This document shows, piece after piece, positions 37,151 to 46,675 of a stretch of DNA of 64,000 nt (position 1 is its first letter; each line of letters opens with the position of its first letter). The stretch is from a virus. The DNA is taken from the IMG/VR virus record IMGVR_UViG_3300023208_000003, positions 1 to 64,000 of that record. The stretch is one strand, 5' to 3'. The translations under genes were made by a program, and so were the position numbers. The notes under the pieces are model-generated. The model did no database searches. It was not told the DNA's origin and worked only from the letters and a program-made list of their open reading frames with translations.

Positions 37151-38113
37151 ATGATTGCATTAGGCCAACTTATAAAAGAACATGTTTTGCTTGGAAAAGA
37201 ATCCAATAAAGGTTTCTTTCCATTAAAATGCCCACTATGCAATGATTATAAAGAAAGAGCTGGATTTAAATTTTCTGAAACAAGCGTTGGATTTCACTGT
37301 TTTAATTGCAGTGTCAAATTAATTTATAATGAAGGTGATATTTCACTTTCACATAAATTTGAAAAACTTCTTAAAGAACTCGACGTTCCAAATTATGAGC
37401 AAGCAATTGGTCAGGGGTGGATTAAAAAACAATCTGAGCCCGAAATAATCACGCTTCAGTCGCTCACTGCTAAAAAGACTACGACTCCTGAAATTAAATT
37501 ACCACAGGGTAGTATCCTTTTAGGTAAAGTTGGTTTGGAAGACGCACAAAAACAAGCGATTGCGTACCTAGAAAGTCGTAAAATTAACCCAACTTCTTAC
37601 CCATTTTATGTAAATGGTTCAGATTGGCTAAAAAACAGAATAATTATACCGTGCTATAGAGCCCGCAAATTAATTTACTGGCAAGCTAGAACCGTTGTAA
37701 ATAACCAGCCACGTTATTTAAGTTGTTCTGCCGTTAAAGACGCTGTTATGTTCAACATGGATGAATTAAATCGCTGGTCAAGTCTTCCACTTTTTATTAC
37801 TGAGGGGATTTTTGATGCCTTACAAGTAAATGGTGTAGCACTTTTAGGTTCTACTTTAACAGAACCTAAGTTAGAATTACTTAGTAAAAGTAAACGACGT
37901 CTTATCTTTGTCATAGACCAAAATCAAAATGGAAAGCTTCTTGGTGAAGAAGCCTTAGCTAATAACTGGGAAATTACATTTCCTCCTGGAAACAAAACTG
38001 ATATTAATTCGGCTATACTTCAGTATGGTCGTCTCTTTACCACCTATACGTTGATGAAAAGCGCTGCTCGTGGTTTTGATGCGCAAGTTCAATTAAACGT
38101 AAGGTGCACTTAA
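37151..38113 (+). CDS. 61: DNA primase (gp61-like)
   Basis: CPLC..CFNC zinc finger; TOPRIM ITEGIFDA and VIDQN. Confidence 0.85.
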   Translation: MIALGQLIKEHVLLGKESNKGFFPLKCPLCNDYKERAGFKFSETSVGFHCFNCSVKLIYNEGDISLSHKFEKLLKELDVPNYEQAIGQGWIKKQSEPEIITLQSLTAKKTTTPEIKLPQGSILLGKVGLEDAQKQAIAYLESRKINPTSYPFYVNGSDWLKNRIIIPCYRARKLIYWQARTVVNNQPRYLSCSAVKDAVMFNMDELNRWSSLPLFITEGIFDALQVNGVALLGSTLTEPKLELLSKSKRRLIFVIDQNQNGKLLGEEALANNWEITFPPGNKTDINSAILQYGRLFTTYTLMKSAARGFDAQVQLNVRCT

Positions 38114-39447
38114 TGGATTTAGAAAAACAAAAACTTCTTCTTCAATGTCTTCTCTCTTCCCCTGATTTATTTGCCCGTTGCTCCGCAATTTTAAAGCCGG
38201 ACTATTTTGATGCCGCGCTTAAAAAATCAGTTAACTTTGCATTAGCTTTTTTTGAACAATATCACATTGTTCCAAAACTTGAAATAATGAAAGCAGAAAC
38301 TGGCTTTAATTCTGAACATATCAGTTTAGATAAGCAAGAGTTAAAATTTGTAGCTGATGAAATTGAACATTTCTGCAGAGAACAGGCAGCGCGCCTTACA
38401 ATTCTACAAGCACCTAAGCTAATGGAAAAAGGCGATATGATGGGTGTTCTTGAAATGATGAAGCAAGCTGTTACAATTAGCTTGCTTCGTGATTTAGGGC
38501 TTGATTATTTCAAAGATATTGAAAGCAGATTGCTTGGCGAACTTGAAAATCCACCTCTTATTTCAAGTGGGTGGAAAGATGTTGACGCAAAGCTTGGTTA
38601 TCTTGAACGTCAAACGCTGTTATTATTTTCTGCAAATTCCGGCGTAGGTAAATCAATCAGCATGGCCAACCTCGCTGTAAATTTACTGCAGCAAGGTTTA
38701 AATGGAATTTATTTTACACTTGAGATGTCTGAATCAAGAATCGCAAAGCGATTTGATTCAATGATTTCAGGCGTCAGTCAAGCCGAAATTCTGAAAAATA
38801 TAGGAGTTGTTGCCAACACGATTGAAGGTGCTAGCGTTAAGATGGGCAACCTTTACGTTAAACGTTTGCCTGAATCTACTACAAACGCAAATCACATCCG
38901 CGCCTACTTAAAGGAGTTTGAACAAACAAATGGATTCATACCTGATTTTATTGTTGTTGATTATCTTGATTTGATGGCGTCAACGCGAAATGTTTCTGCT
39001 GAAAATTTATTCATCAAGGATAAGTACGTAGCAGAGGAACTTCGCGCTATTGGTTTTGAATATGACTGCTTAGTTATTACTGCATCGCAGTTAGGACGAG
39101 GGGCGATTGAAGCTGAAAAAATTACTCAAGCTCACGTTCAAGGTGGTATTTCAAAAGTTCAAACAGCCGACGCAATGATAGCAATCGTTCAAACAGAAGC
39201 AATGAAAGCTGCAGGTGAATATATCTTTGAATATCTCAAAACGCGAAATTCTGATGGTGTAGGTAAGAAAACGGTTCTTCGTTGGAACCCATTAACTTTA
39301 CGAGTTACCGATCTTGATGTTCAACCTGAGTTTAAAATTGACACAAGTGTTAAAAATAAACCAAAGCTTTCAAGCTTAGGAACAAAATTCAATCCAATGG
39401 GTTCAGCTGACGCAGTGTTTGCTGCGTTTGATGCGTTTGATACCTAA
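38113..39447 (+). CDS. 41: replicative DnaB-like helicase (gp41-like)
   Basis: Start moved to 38113 (TAATG overlap); NSGVGKS, FTLEMSE, VVDYLDLM and TASQLGR. Confidence 0.9.
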   Translation: MDLEKQKLLLQCLLSSPDLFARCSAILKPDYFDAALKKSVNFALAFFEQYHIVPKLEIMKAETGFNSEHISLDKQELKFVADEIEHFCREQAARLTILQAPKLMEKGDMMGVLEMMKQAVTISLLRDLGLDYFKDIESRLLGELENPPLISSGWKDVDAKLGYLERQTLLLFSANSGVGKSISMANLAVNLLQQGLNGIYFTLEMSESRIAKRFDSMISGVSQAEILKNIGVVANTIEGASVKMGNLYVKRLPESTTNANHIRAYLKEFEQTNGFIPDFIVVDYLDLMASTRNVSAENLFIKDKYVAEELRAIGFEYDCLVITASQLGRGAIEAEKITQAHVQGGISKVQTADAMIAIVQTEAMKAAGEYIFEYLKTRNSDGVGKKTVLRWNPLTLRVTDLDVQPEFKIDTSVKNKPKLSSLGTKFNPMGSADAVFAAFDAFDT

Positions 39448-39466
39448 AAAGTGCTTTCTGGAAAAG

Positions 39467-39473
39467 ATAAATA
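39467..39473 (+). promoter_or_regulatory. late-like promoter ATAAATA
   Basis: Followed by the 5' hairpin agcgg-atac-ccgct (39479-39492). Confidence 0.6.
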
Positions 39474-39528
39474 ATGTTAGCGGATACCCGCTCAAAACCA
39501 TAACAATTAAAAATGGAGATTTATACAA

Positions 39529-39795
39529 ATGGCAGAAGAACTAAAAACATTAACAATCGACGGCGTTGAATATCCTATCGCTGATTTTTCTGAAAAAGTA
39601 CAGAGACTAATTGGAATTCACCAGGCTTGGGAAGCTGATGCAGCTTCTAAGCGTCTTGAAGTTGCTAAGTCAGAAGCAGCACTTCGTGATCTTACTCGTG
39701 AAATTCTTTCTATTGTAAAGGAAGAAATTGAAGCTAAGAATGCACCTGCTGAAGTCGTTGCTGATAACACAGTTTCTACTGAATCAGTAAATTAA
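39529..39795 (+). CDS. small coiled-coil hypothetical protein
   Basis: 88 aa; LTIDGVEY N-domain, GGAG SD, own promoter and terminator. Confidence 0.8.
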   Translation: MAEELKTLTIDGVEYPIADFSEKVQRLIGIHQAWEADAASKRLEVAKSEAALRDLTREILSIVKEEIEAKNAPAEVVADNTVSTESVN

Positions 39796-39848
39796 TATGC
39801 TTTAAAAAGCATATTGTTTAGCTTTAGAAGCTTTTTAAAGCACATATT

Positions 39849-39878
39849 AATGGGAAGGGTTTTACTCTTCCCATTTTT
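39849..39878 (+). terminator. intrinsic terminator
   Basis: aatgggaagggt-ttt-actcttcccatt plus T-run. Confidence 0.85.
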
Positions 39879-39879
39879 G

Positions 39880-39887
39880 TATAAATA
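39880..39887 (+). promoter_or_regulatory. T4 late promoter consensus TATAAATA
   Basis: Exact consensus directly after the terminator. Confidence 0.75.
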
Positions 39888-39922
39888 GCAAATCAATAAT
39901 ATTATGTTTGAGTTAAATTGAA

Positions 39923-42196
39923 ATGCTACCTAATTCATTCTTTTTTCTTACTGAAGGAATTGCTCATTTAGAAGACTTACCAATAGATGATTTTTTAAAT
40001 ATTATGTCTCGTATTGGTGTGCTTGACGCGACAGAAAAAATGGATGGTGTAAATCTATGGTTCGGGTTTGATAAAGACGGTAGTTTCTTTACTTCTCGTG
40101 AAGGTAAAAATTCACACGCTGAACGTCGCTACTCAATAAATGATTATCCTGAAATTGGATCATCAAATGTTTTTAAGGTAGCTCATTCTGTTTTAAGTAA
40201 AAAACAAAAATTTTTGGCGCGGCTAATTAAACCTGGCCAAATCGTCGAAATAGAAGTAGCGCTTGGTAGTCAACCAAATTCAATTGCTTATAATGCTGGC
40301 AATCGTGTTATTTTAATAAGAGGCGTTGGAGATAATCCTGTTTCTGGTGAAACACTTGATAAAATAGCAGAAGTTTTAAACAAGCCGATTAACGTAAATG
40401 TTGACTTACTAAAAACTTCTGATGGTAAAACTTTAAGCTCAACGCCAACTGCCTTAAGCGTTAAAATAGAGCGCGTTAAAAAAATTGATAAATCAAAGCT
40501 TCAGATTAACGCAGCTAAAAAGCTCACAACGCAACTTCAAGATTTTCTTAAAAAACCAAGTGACATAGATTCTTCAAAGTCAAATCATGACATCGCAACT
40601 TTAAACCTTACGAGCATTGATAAAAGTGAACGTGACAAGTATAAAGATGCGCGAAAAAAACTTCAAAAACAGCTTCATGATAGCTTTATGTTACCAATAA
40701 AGCAAAAACTTCTTGGTAAAATTTCAAAAGAAGATGAAACAAATGTTGAAGGAGTTGTTCTTAGTGATCCTAAAACAGGCGAGCAAATTAAGCTTGTTGA
40801 TAAGGACGTGTTTACCGCTATCAATGAATTCACACATAAAATTCGGAAAGAAATTGCTGATGTTGTTGCAACCGATGACCCCTTAGCGTCAGAGGAACTT
40901 AAAGGTGGTATCTTTGGTGAAGCAAAGCTTCGTATTGCCAGACTTCTTGGTAACTCAGCTTTAGCTAGAGGCGGCGAAGCTCGCAAAATGCTTGAAAGAT
41001 ATAAAGGGGCTAACGCAACTGAGACAGCGCAAAATTTCGCAGACGCAATTGAAGGCTTAGAATTTGAAGATGCTAAAATAAAAATTAATGCAATTTTAGA
41101 TAGTACTCAAAAGCAAATTGATAAAAAACTCGAAACATTCAAAAAGAATTCAAGTAGCTACAAACTTAAGTTAAAAACTGGAAAGGAAATAAGTTATAGT
41201 CCTGAAACAATTGATAGAACTCTACTAGCGTTTGCTGAATTAAATAAAGACATCGGAAAGTTGCGCGCTCAAATGAAAAAAGCTGATTCATTTGCAAAAA
41301 TTATTACAGTGCTTTATAGCAACCAATTAAAGTCAATTCACACTGCAAAAACAATTAAAGAAAGCTTGTTAGTTGAATACGCGAATCCTTCCACAAAGGC
41401 GCTTGATACTCTTACACATAAACAAGTTTGCGCTGCTTACACTGCTTCATTGCTTGCGTCACAGCTAATTTTACGCTGTAAGGATCGTCGTGGTGCAAAT
41501 ATTATCAAGGATCAAAAACACGTTTCACTTGCAAAGCTTGAAACTAGTGCCAGCCCGCTAAATTTTTGGGGAACAATTCTTTTTAGCTCTGATAAAGCTA
41601 AAGTAAAAATGCTTCTTAGTTCTAAAACAGCTCGCGAGTTAGAAAAAACAGCTGGTAGGTTTGTAAATAGAAGAATAAACTTTATTCATAAATCACTAGG
41701 AACTGGTAACTTTAGTCAAGATTGGTCAGAGCAACAAAAAAGCGCGCATTTAGTAGCATTAAGATTAGATACTTGCTCAAAACTAATAAATACCATAACA
41801 GTTGGTATTGCGAACTGGGATGAAATTGATCTAAGTGATAAAGCAGAAGTTGTTTCACGATTAATTATTTACGTAATGCAAAGCTGCCCAAATTCACCGC
41901 TGCTTGAACCACTTAACAGAATTTCTCAAGGAATATTGACTACTGCAAAAACAGCGGATAATACTGATAAACAAGAACTTTCAAAAATGGTTGAAAATTT
42001 AATTAAATGGGTTATGGAAGACGGAGAAGAGGGTGGTGATGCTGCTCCAGCTCCTGCTCCAGGTATAACATCAAGCAGCGCAATTGCAACTATTCCTCAA
42101 CGATTATTTAGAGGCAAGCTCGTCAGTCGCATCAAACGCACGTTTACTCGTAAACCAAAATTTCCTCGACCAAATACACAGGCAAAAACAGAGTGA
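39923..42196 (+). CDS. large protein with an N-terminal ATP-dependent ligase-like nucleotidyltransferase domain
   Basis: TEKMDG (motif I), VEGVVL (IV) and IKLVDK (V); N-terminal FLTEG cleavage-like site. Confidence 0.55.
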   Translation: MLPNSFFFLTEGIAHLEDLPIDDFLNIMSRIGVLDATEKMDGVNLWFGFDKDGSFFTSREGKNSHAERRYSINDYPEIGSSNVFKVAHSVLSKKQKFLARLIKPGQIVEIEVALGSQPNSIAYNAGNRVILIRGVGDNPVSGETLDKIAEVLNKPINVNVDLLKTSDGKTLSSTPTALSVKIERVKKIDKSKLQINAAKKLTTQLQDFLKKPSDIDSSKSNHDIATLNLTSIDKSERDKYKDARKKLQKQLHDSFMLPIKQKLLGKISKEDETNVEGVVLSDPKTGEQIKLVDKDVFTAINEFTHKIRKEIADVVATDDPLASEELKGGIFGEAKLRIARLLGNSALARGGEARKMLERYKGANATETAQNFADAIEGLEFEDAKIKINAILDSTQKQIDKKLETFKKNSSSYKLKLKTGKEISYSPETIDRTLLAFAELNKDIGKLRAQMKKADSFAKIITVLYSNQLKSIHTAKTIKESLLVEYANPSTKALDTLTHKQVCAAYTASLLASQLILRCKDRRGANIIKDQKHVSLAKLETSASPLNFWGTILFSSDKAKVKMLLSSKTARELEKTAGRFVNRRINFIHKSLGTGNFSQDWSEQQKSAHLVALRLDTCSKLINTITVGIANWDEIDLSDKAEVVSRLIIYVMQSCPNSPLLEPLNRISQGILTTAKTADNTDKQELSKMVENLIKWVMEDGEEGGDAAPAPAPGITSSSAIATIPQRLFRGKLVSRIKRTFTRKPKFPRPNTQAKTE

Positions 42197-44010
42197 AAAA
42201 TTTACTTCAAGAAATTGACAACGCAATAGCTAATCCAGATCATCCTGCAAAAATTTCACCATTTGCACCTGTAGAAGATCCAAAGCTAGTTCAACAACAT
42301 TTGGATAATGCGGTAAGCGTTGATGACGGTGTTGATACGATAACATTTGGATTAGAAACTGATGATGGTGAAATAGTAAAAGTTTACGTAAATGCTTCTC
42401 AAGCTGATGAATTTGAAAAGAAGATGGGTGAGCTTTTAGGTCAAGAAGACGATATTGAAAAAGCCATTGACGCGATGGCTACTGAATTTGATATCGTTCA
42501 TGTTGAGTGGCCAGAAGATCGTCAGCATTCAGCTGATACAGAGGATGAGTTTAGTACCGATAATTCTGATATTGATGATTCTTTAGAAGATGAACCACAA
42601 TCTTTAGACATTAGCATTGATCCAGAAGAAGTAGAAGATGATAAAGAAAAAGATGATAAAGAAAAAGATGAAGAAGATCCTGACAATCTAAAATTAGATG
42701 GTGATGATGATAACATTGATGTTGGTGACTTTGGTGGTGATTCTGATAATCTTTCACTTGATGATGAAGACCTAGAAAAAGATTCAAAAGACAAGGAAGA
42801 TTCTGACGATCTTTCATTAGATGACGAAGAACCAAGTGAAGATGATGAAGATACTGACGAAGAACCTGCAAATGATGATGAAGAACCAGAAGATGATGAA
42901 TCAGAAGATACTGAAAAGAAACCAAAAAAGAAAAAATCAAAGAAAACTGACAAACCAGAGAAAAAGGAAAAAACTATGGACCACTTAGAAACAAAAAATC
43001 TTTCTATTGGTCAGCAATTTGCGCAGAGAATTCTCGGCGAAGCGAAGGACGTAAAGCCAAATTTCGATAAAGAACAAGAAGAAATAATGAGCTTAGCTAC
43101 GTCTAAGATGCAAGAAAAAATCTTAACGATTATTTTGCTTCTAAACTTTCCGCCTAAAATTCTTCGCTTAGAAAAGCCTGACCTAAAACGTAACGTTCGT
43201 GATATTGCTGTTGATTTAGTAGGCAATGCGCGCGCCAAAATGTGGATGAATCGCTTAATTAAGGAATTAGTTGGCGGTAACTCTAAAAAAGATGACAAAG
43301 AAGAAATTAAAGAGGCACGCAGCGCGTTTGATGACGCTTATGTTACTCGTACTCAGGAAATTCTTGAACAGCTTTTTGTTAAGCTTGGTGTTCCAGCTTC
43401 TTTCTTTAACCCCAAGAAGGCAATTGTAAAAACAGCTTTACGTGAAACATCAGTAATGGTTATTTCAAAGAACAGAGTTAAAACTATTCTTTTCTTACTT
43501 GCTGAATCCCTTGGCATTGATGTTAAAGTTGTAAATCAACCACCTAAAATTGATGATAAAAAAGACAACAAGAAAAAGAAGGACAAGGTAACAGAAGCTC
43601 GTGCTGACATTGACACGAAGGACCCTTATATACGCTTAGTCCTTAAAATTGTCGATGCTCTCGGTGTCCCTGCGGAACATCTAGAATGGCACCAGATGAA
43701 TTTGATAAACTCATTGAGGCAGAAAAAGAGAACCCTTAACTTTGGCTTAGTTCGCACAAAAGCAAATCAGTTACTTGATGCACTTGGAACTACAAATGAA
43801 GATCGCGAAGAAATCAACTCACTTTTCACGTTAGCTGAAAAGGAAAGTGACTACGTAGGAAAGCGCTTCATTATTAAGGAAAAAGCTAAAATCGTAATCA
43901 TTGGTCACGATAAATCTACTGATGTTCTTACTTACACGGTTGAAGGTCTTTCAAAGAAACACGAAATGACTGTTGACGCGCTTAAATTGATCGGTAAGGA
44001 GATTGCGTGA
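42193..44010 (+). CDS. acidic low-complexity protein, possible prohead core/scaffold-like
   Basis: GTG start; about 140-aa D/E-rich tract; three degenerate helical repeats each preceded by xxEA. Confidence 0.55.
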   Translation: MKNLLQEIDNAIANPDHPAKISPFAPVEDPKLVQQHLDNAVSVDDGVDTITFGLETDDGEIVKVYVNASQADEFEKKMGELLGQEDDIEKAIDAMATEFDIVHVEWPEDRQHSADTEDEFSTDNSDIDDSLEDEPQSLDISIDPEEVEDDKEKDDKEKDEEDPDNLKLDGDDDNIDVGDFGGDSDNLSLDDEDLEKDSKDKEDSDDLSLDDEEPSEDDEDTDEEPANDDEEPEDDESEDTEKKPKKKKSKKTDKPEKKEKTMDHLETKNLSIGQQFAQRILGEAKDVKPNFDKEQEEIMSLATSKMQEKILTIILLLNFPPKILRLEKPDLKRNVRDIAVDLVGNARAKMWMNRLIKELVGGNSKKDDKEEIKEARSAFDDAYVTRTQEILEQLFVKLGVPASFFNPKKAIVKTALRETSVMVISKNRVKTILFLLAESLGIDVKVVNQPPKIDDKKDNKKKKDKVTEARADIDTKDPYIRLVLKIVDALGVPAEHLEWHQMNLINSLRQKKRTLNFGLVRTKANQLLDALGTTNEDREEINSLFTLAEKESDYVGKRFIIKEKAKIVIIGHDKSTDVLTYTVEGLSKKHEMTVDALKLIGKEIA

Positions 44011-44675
44011 AATTCACTTATGTTGAATTAAAAGCTGAAACAATTCCTGGTTTTGGAAGGGTGTATGAAACACCTGAAAACAACCTATATCCTTCCATCA
44101 CCACAATTTTGGGAAATACGATGGAAATTAAGAAGCGAGAGATATTAAAAAACTGGTCAGAATCAGTCGGTATTGAAAAAGCAGAAAAGATTACCCAAGA
44201 AGCTGCTGATAAAGGTACTAACGTCCATTTAATGATTGAGCGCAAACTACTCAAACAAGATATTAATTATGCTGAATTTCCTGATGTTGATGTAGCTGCT
44301 TTTAAAGCTTTACTTCCAAAGTTAAAGCATATAGATGAAGTGTGGGGATTAGAAGTTCCTCTTTATTCTGATTTACTGGAAGTTGCTGGGCGTACTGACT
44401 GCGTTGGAGTATACAAAGGGTTGCCTTGCATTATCGACTTCAAAACCAGTCGTCGATTGAAAAGTGAAGATGACATAAGTGATTATAAACTTCAGTTGGC
44501 TTTTTATTCAGTTGCCCACAATGAAAGATTTGGGACTGATATTACTGACGGCGTTATCTTAATGACGGCCGCACAAGGATTTCCAATGGAATTTAGAGTA
44601 GATCTAATTCCAGAAATTGAGCGCTTGGTTGCGCGAATTGACGAATACTATAACAAACTTGCGCAAGTCGCGTAA
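44007..44675 (+). CDS. PD-(D/E)XK exonuclease (RecB/Cas4-like)
   Basis: YPSITTIL, GTNVH, AGRTDCV, IIDFKTS and QLAFY. Confidence 0.85.
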   Translation: MKFTYVELKAETIPGFGRVYETPENNLYPSITTILGNTMEIKKREILKNWSESVGIEKAEKITQEAADKGTNVHLMIERKLLKQDINYAEFPDVDVAAFKALLPKLKHIDEVWGLEVPLYSDLLEVAGRTDCVGVYKGLPCIIDFKTSRRLKSEDDISDYKLQLAFYSVAHNERFGTDITDGVILMTAAQGFPMEFRVDLIPEIERLVARIDEYYNKLAQVA

Positions 44676-44685
44676 TGGAGACACA

Positions 44686-45099
44686 ATGAACACAAATGAA
44701 ATGTTTGGCGATTATGCTACGCTTTCTTATCCTACACCTGAACCTGCAGCTTCTGAAACTGAAATTTCAACAGAACCTACTCCTGAAATCACCGTAGCAG
44801 ACACAGTTGAAGTTTCACCAAGTCTAGAAGGAGAGCTTTACGCTTACCCTCTTGAAGTCACATTGACAAATTCAGACGAGCAATGGGTTTATCTTGCACT
44901 TACTCTTAACGTTTCAGTTGCAAACAATTCAGTTAAGGTTATTAAGAAACTTAAAGTTTGTAAAGAAAGCTTACGTGGGGACTTCTTAGTACAGTTAAAT
45001 AAACCTGCTACTGTTGTTGAATCAATTAAATCAAAAGATGATCTTAACAAAAGAATGCGTGAACTCGCTGGTATTCCTAACAAAAAGAACTTTGTGTAA
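44686..45099 (+). CDS. hypothetical protein
   Basis: Start moved to ATG 44686 (GGAG SD). Confidence 0.7.
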   Translation: MNTNEMFGDYATLSYPTPEPAASETEISTEPTPEITVADTVEVSPSLEGELYAYPLEVTLTNSDEQWVYLALTLNVSVANNSVKVIKKLKVCKESLRGDFLVQLNKPATVVESIKSKDDLNKRMRELAGIPNKKNFV

Positions 45100-45101
45100 T
45101 T

Positions 45102-46613
45102 ATGTCAAAGCTAATTATTTTAACAACTGAACCAGAAAACTTTGTACCGATAGAATTAGAGAAGGCAGCAAAAGAAGCAGGATTAGAAGTTGAAATTCTT
45201 AATCCTGATGAATGCTACATTTCATTAAGTGAAGAACCTTATATCTCGTACAAGGGAACAAAGTTTCTTGCTGCGGATTTTTGCATTCCGCGACTATCGG
45301 AGGAAAATCTTGAATACAAAATTGCTATCGCAAATCACATTGAAAAAATGGGCGTCAAGATTCTCAATACCGGAAAATCTTTACGTGCGGCTTCAAATAA
45401 AGTCGAAACTCAAATATTACTTAATAATGACGGAATTAAAACTCCTAAAACTGCAATTCTTACATCTGATGAACAGCTTGAACACGCAATTGAAGCTATA
45501 GGCGCCGAGTTTCCAGTAATTGTTAAGACAATCTTTGGTACGCATGGTGTGGGTGTTATACGTGCCGATTCCGCGCCCTCGCTTCGTTCGATTGTTCAGC
45601 AGTTATTAAAAGCTAATGTTGAATTTATGATTCAAGAGTTTATTAAACATGAAGAAAGCGGGCGCATTATCACTCTTGGTGAGGATGTACTAATTGCAGC
45701 GATGCGTACAATTCCTGAAGGTGACTTTCGTTCGAACGCGCATCAAGGAGCAGAACTAAAACCACATGATCCATCAGAAAAAGAAATTGAAATTGCGCTT
45801 AAAAGCGCAAAAGTTCTTGGCATAAATTTTGCAGCAGTCGATTACATCTTAAGTAATGATGAAGTTATTGTTCTTGAAGTCAATGGTTCACCGGGCTTTG
45901 AAGCAATGCAAAAAATAGCTGATTTTCAAATTGCAGAAAAGATTATTACCTACATTAAAGGTGAAACTCCTGAAGAAGAGGAGGAAGAAGCTGAAGTCGT
46001 GGACGTTGATCACGAAAAAGCGGTTGAACACGACAAGGAAGAAAATAAAGATGATGAAGCTAAAAAAACTGTGACAGTTCCAGATTCTGATCCTGAAGCT
46101 CAAGTAGCAGAACCTAAGAAAGACGAAGACGAACATAAGGAAGTTGACGTAACTGGGCAAGATGATAAAGTTATTGGAACATTAACTTCAGTTATTGTTA
46201 AACACTTTAATGATGAGGCGCCAATTGAAGCTCGAGTTGATACTGGTGCGCACGTTAGTTCTATTTGTGGTCAAGATATAAAAATTTCTGGTAATACTGT
46301 TTCATTCCGCTTTAATGACACGATTTACAAATTTCACCTTTTACGAATGGCAAAAATTAAACAGGCTGACAGTGAAAAAGCTGAAGAACGCCCTGTTATT
46401 CGCGTCGATATCGTAATCAACGGTGAAACTTTACGCAACGTAGAATTCACTGTCAATGAACGTAAACATATGAAGTATACAATTCTTCTAGGTCGTCAAA
46501 CGCTTGCTGCTGCTGGAGTTCTAGTTAACCCCGCAGCAAATCTAATTGACAAGGATAATAATTACAAAGTTGATAAAAATGATGATTCAAAAACAAGCAA
46601 TGAAGAAGAATAA
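45102..46613 (+). CDS. rimK: RimK-like ATP-grasp ligase fused to a retropepsin-like aspartic protease
   Basis: KTIFGTHGVGV, IQEFI, FRSNAHQG and LEVNGSPG; acidic linker; ARVDTGA and ILLGR. Confidence 0.85.
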   Translation: MSKLIILTTEPENFVPIELEKAAKEAGLEVEILNPDECYISLSEEPYISYKGTKFLAADFCIPRLSEENLEYKIAIANHIEKMGVKILNTGKSLRAASNKVETQILLNNDGIKTPKTAILTSDEQLEHAIEAIGAEFPVIVKTIFGTHGVGVIRADSAPSLRSIVQQLLKANVEFMIQEFIKHEESGRIITLGEDVLIAAMRTIPEGDFRSNAHQGAELKPHDPSEKEIEIALKSAKVLGINFAAVDYILSNDEVIVLEVNGSPGFEAMQKIADFQIAEKIITYIKGETPEEEEEEAEVVDVDHEKAVEHDKEENKDDEAKKTVTVPDSDPEAQVAEPKKDEDEHKEVDVTGQDDKVIGTLTSVIVKHFNDEAPIEARVDTGAHVSSICGQDIKISGNTVSFRFNDTIYKFHLLRMAKIKQADSEKAEERPVIRVDIVINGETLRNVEFTVNERKHMKYTILLGRQTLAAAGVLVNPAANLIDKDNNYKVDKNDDSKTSNEEE

Positions 46614-46622
46614 AGTTTTTTC

Positions 46623-46629
46623 ATAAATA
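46623..46629 (+). promoter_or_regulatory. late-like promoter ATAAATA
   Basis: 46 nt before the large tail gene. Confidence 0.65.
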
Positions 46630-46675
46630 GAAACATTGAATAAAAAATGCTCATTTACTGAGGAACAAGTAAAAA

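Noticed and set aside
44007-44675. Cas4-like nuclease as evidence of a CRISPR-related system
   Set aside because: Stand-alone PD-(D/E)XK exonucleases are common in T4-like phages; no Fe-S Cys cluster, cas genes or array.
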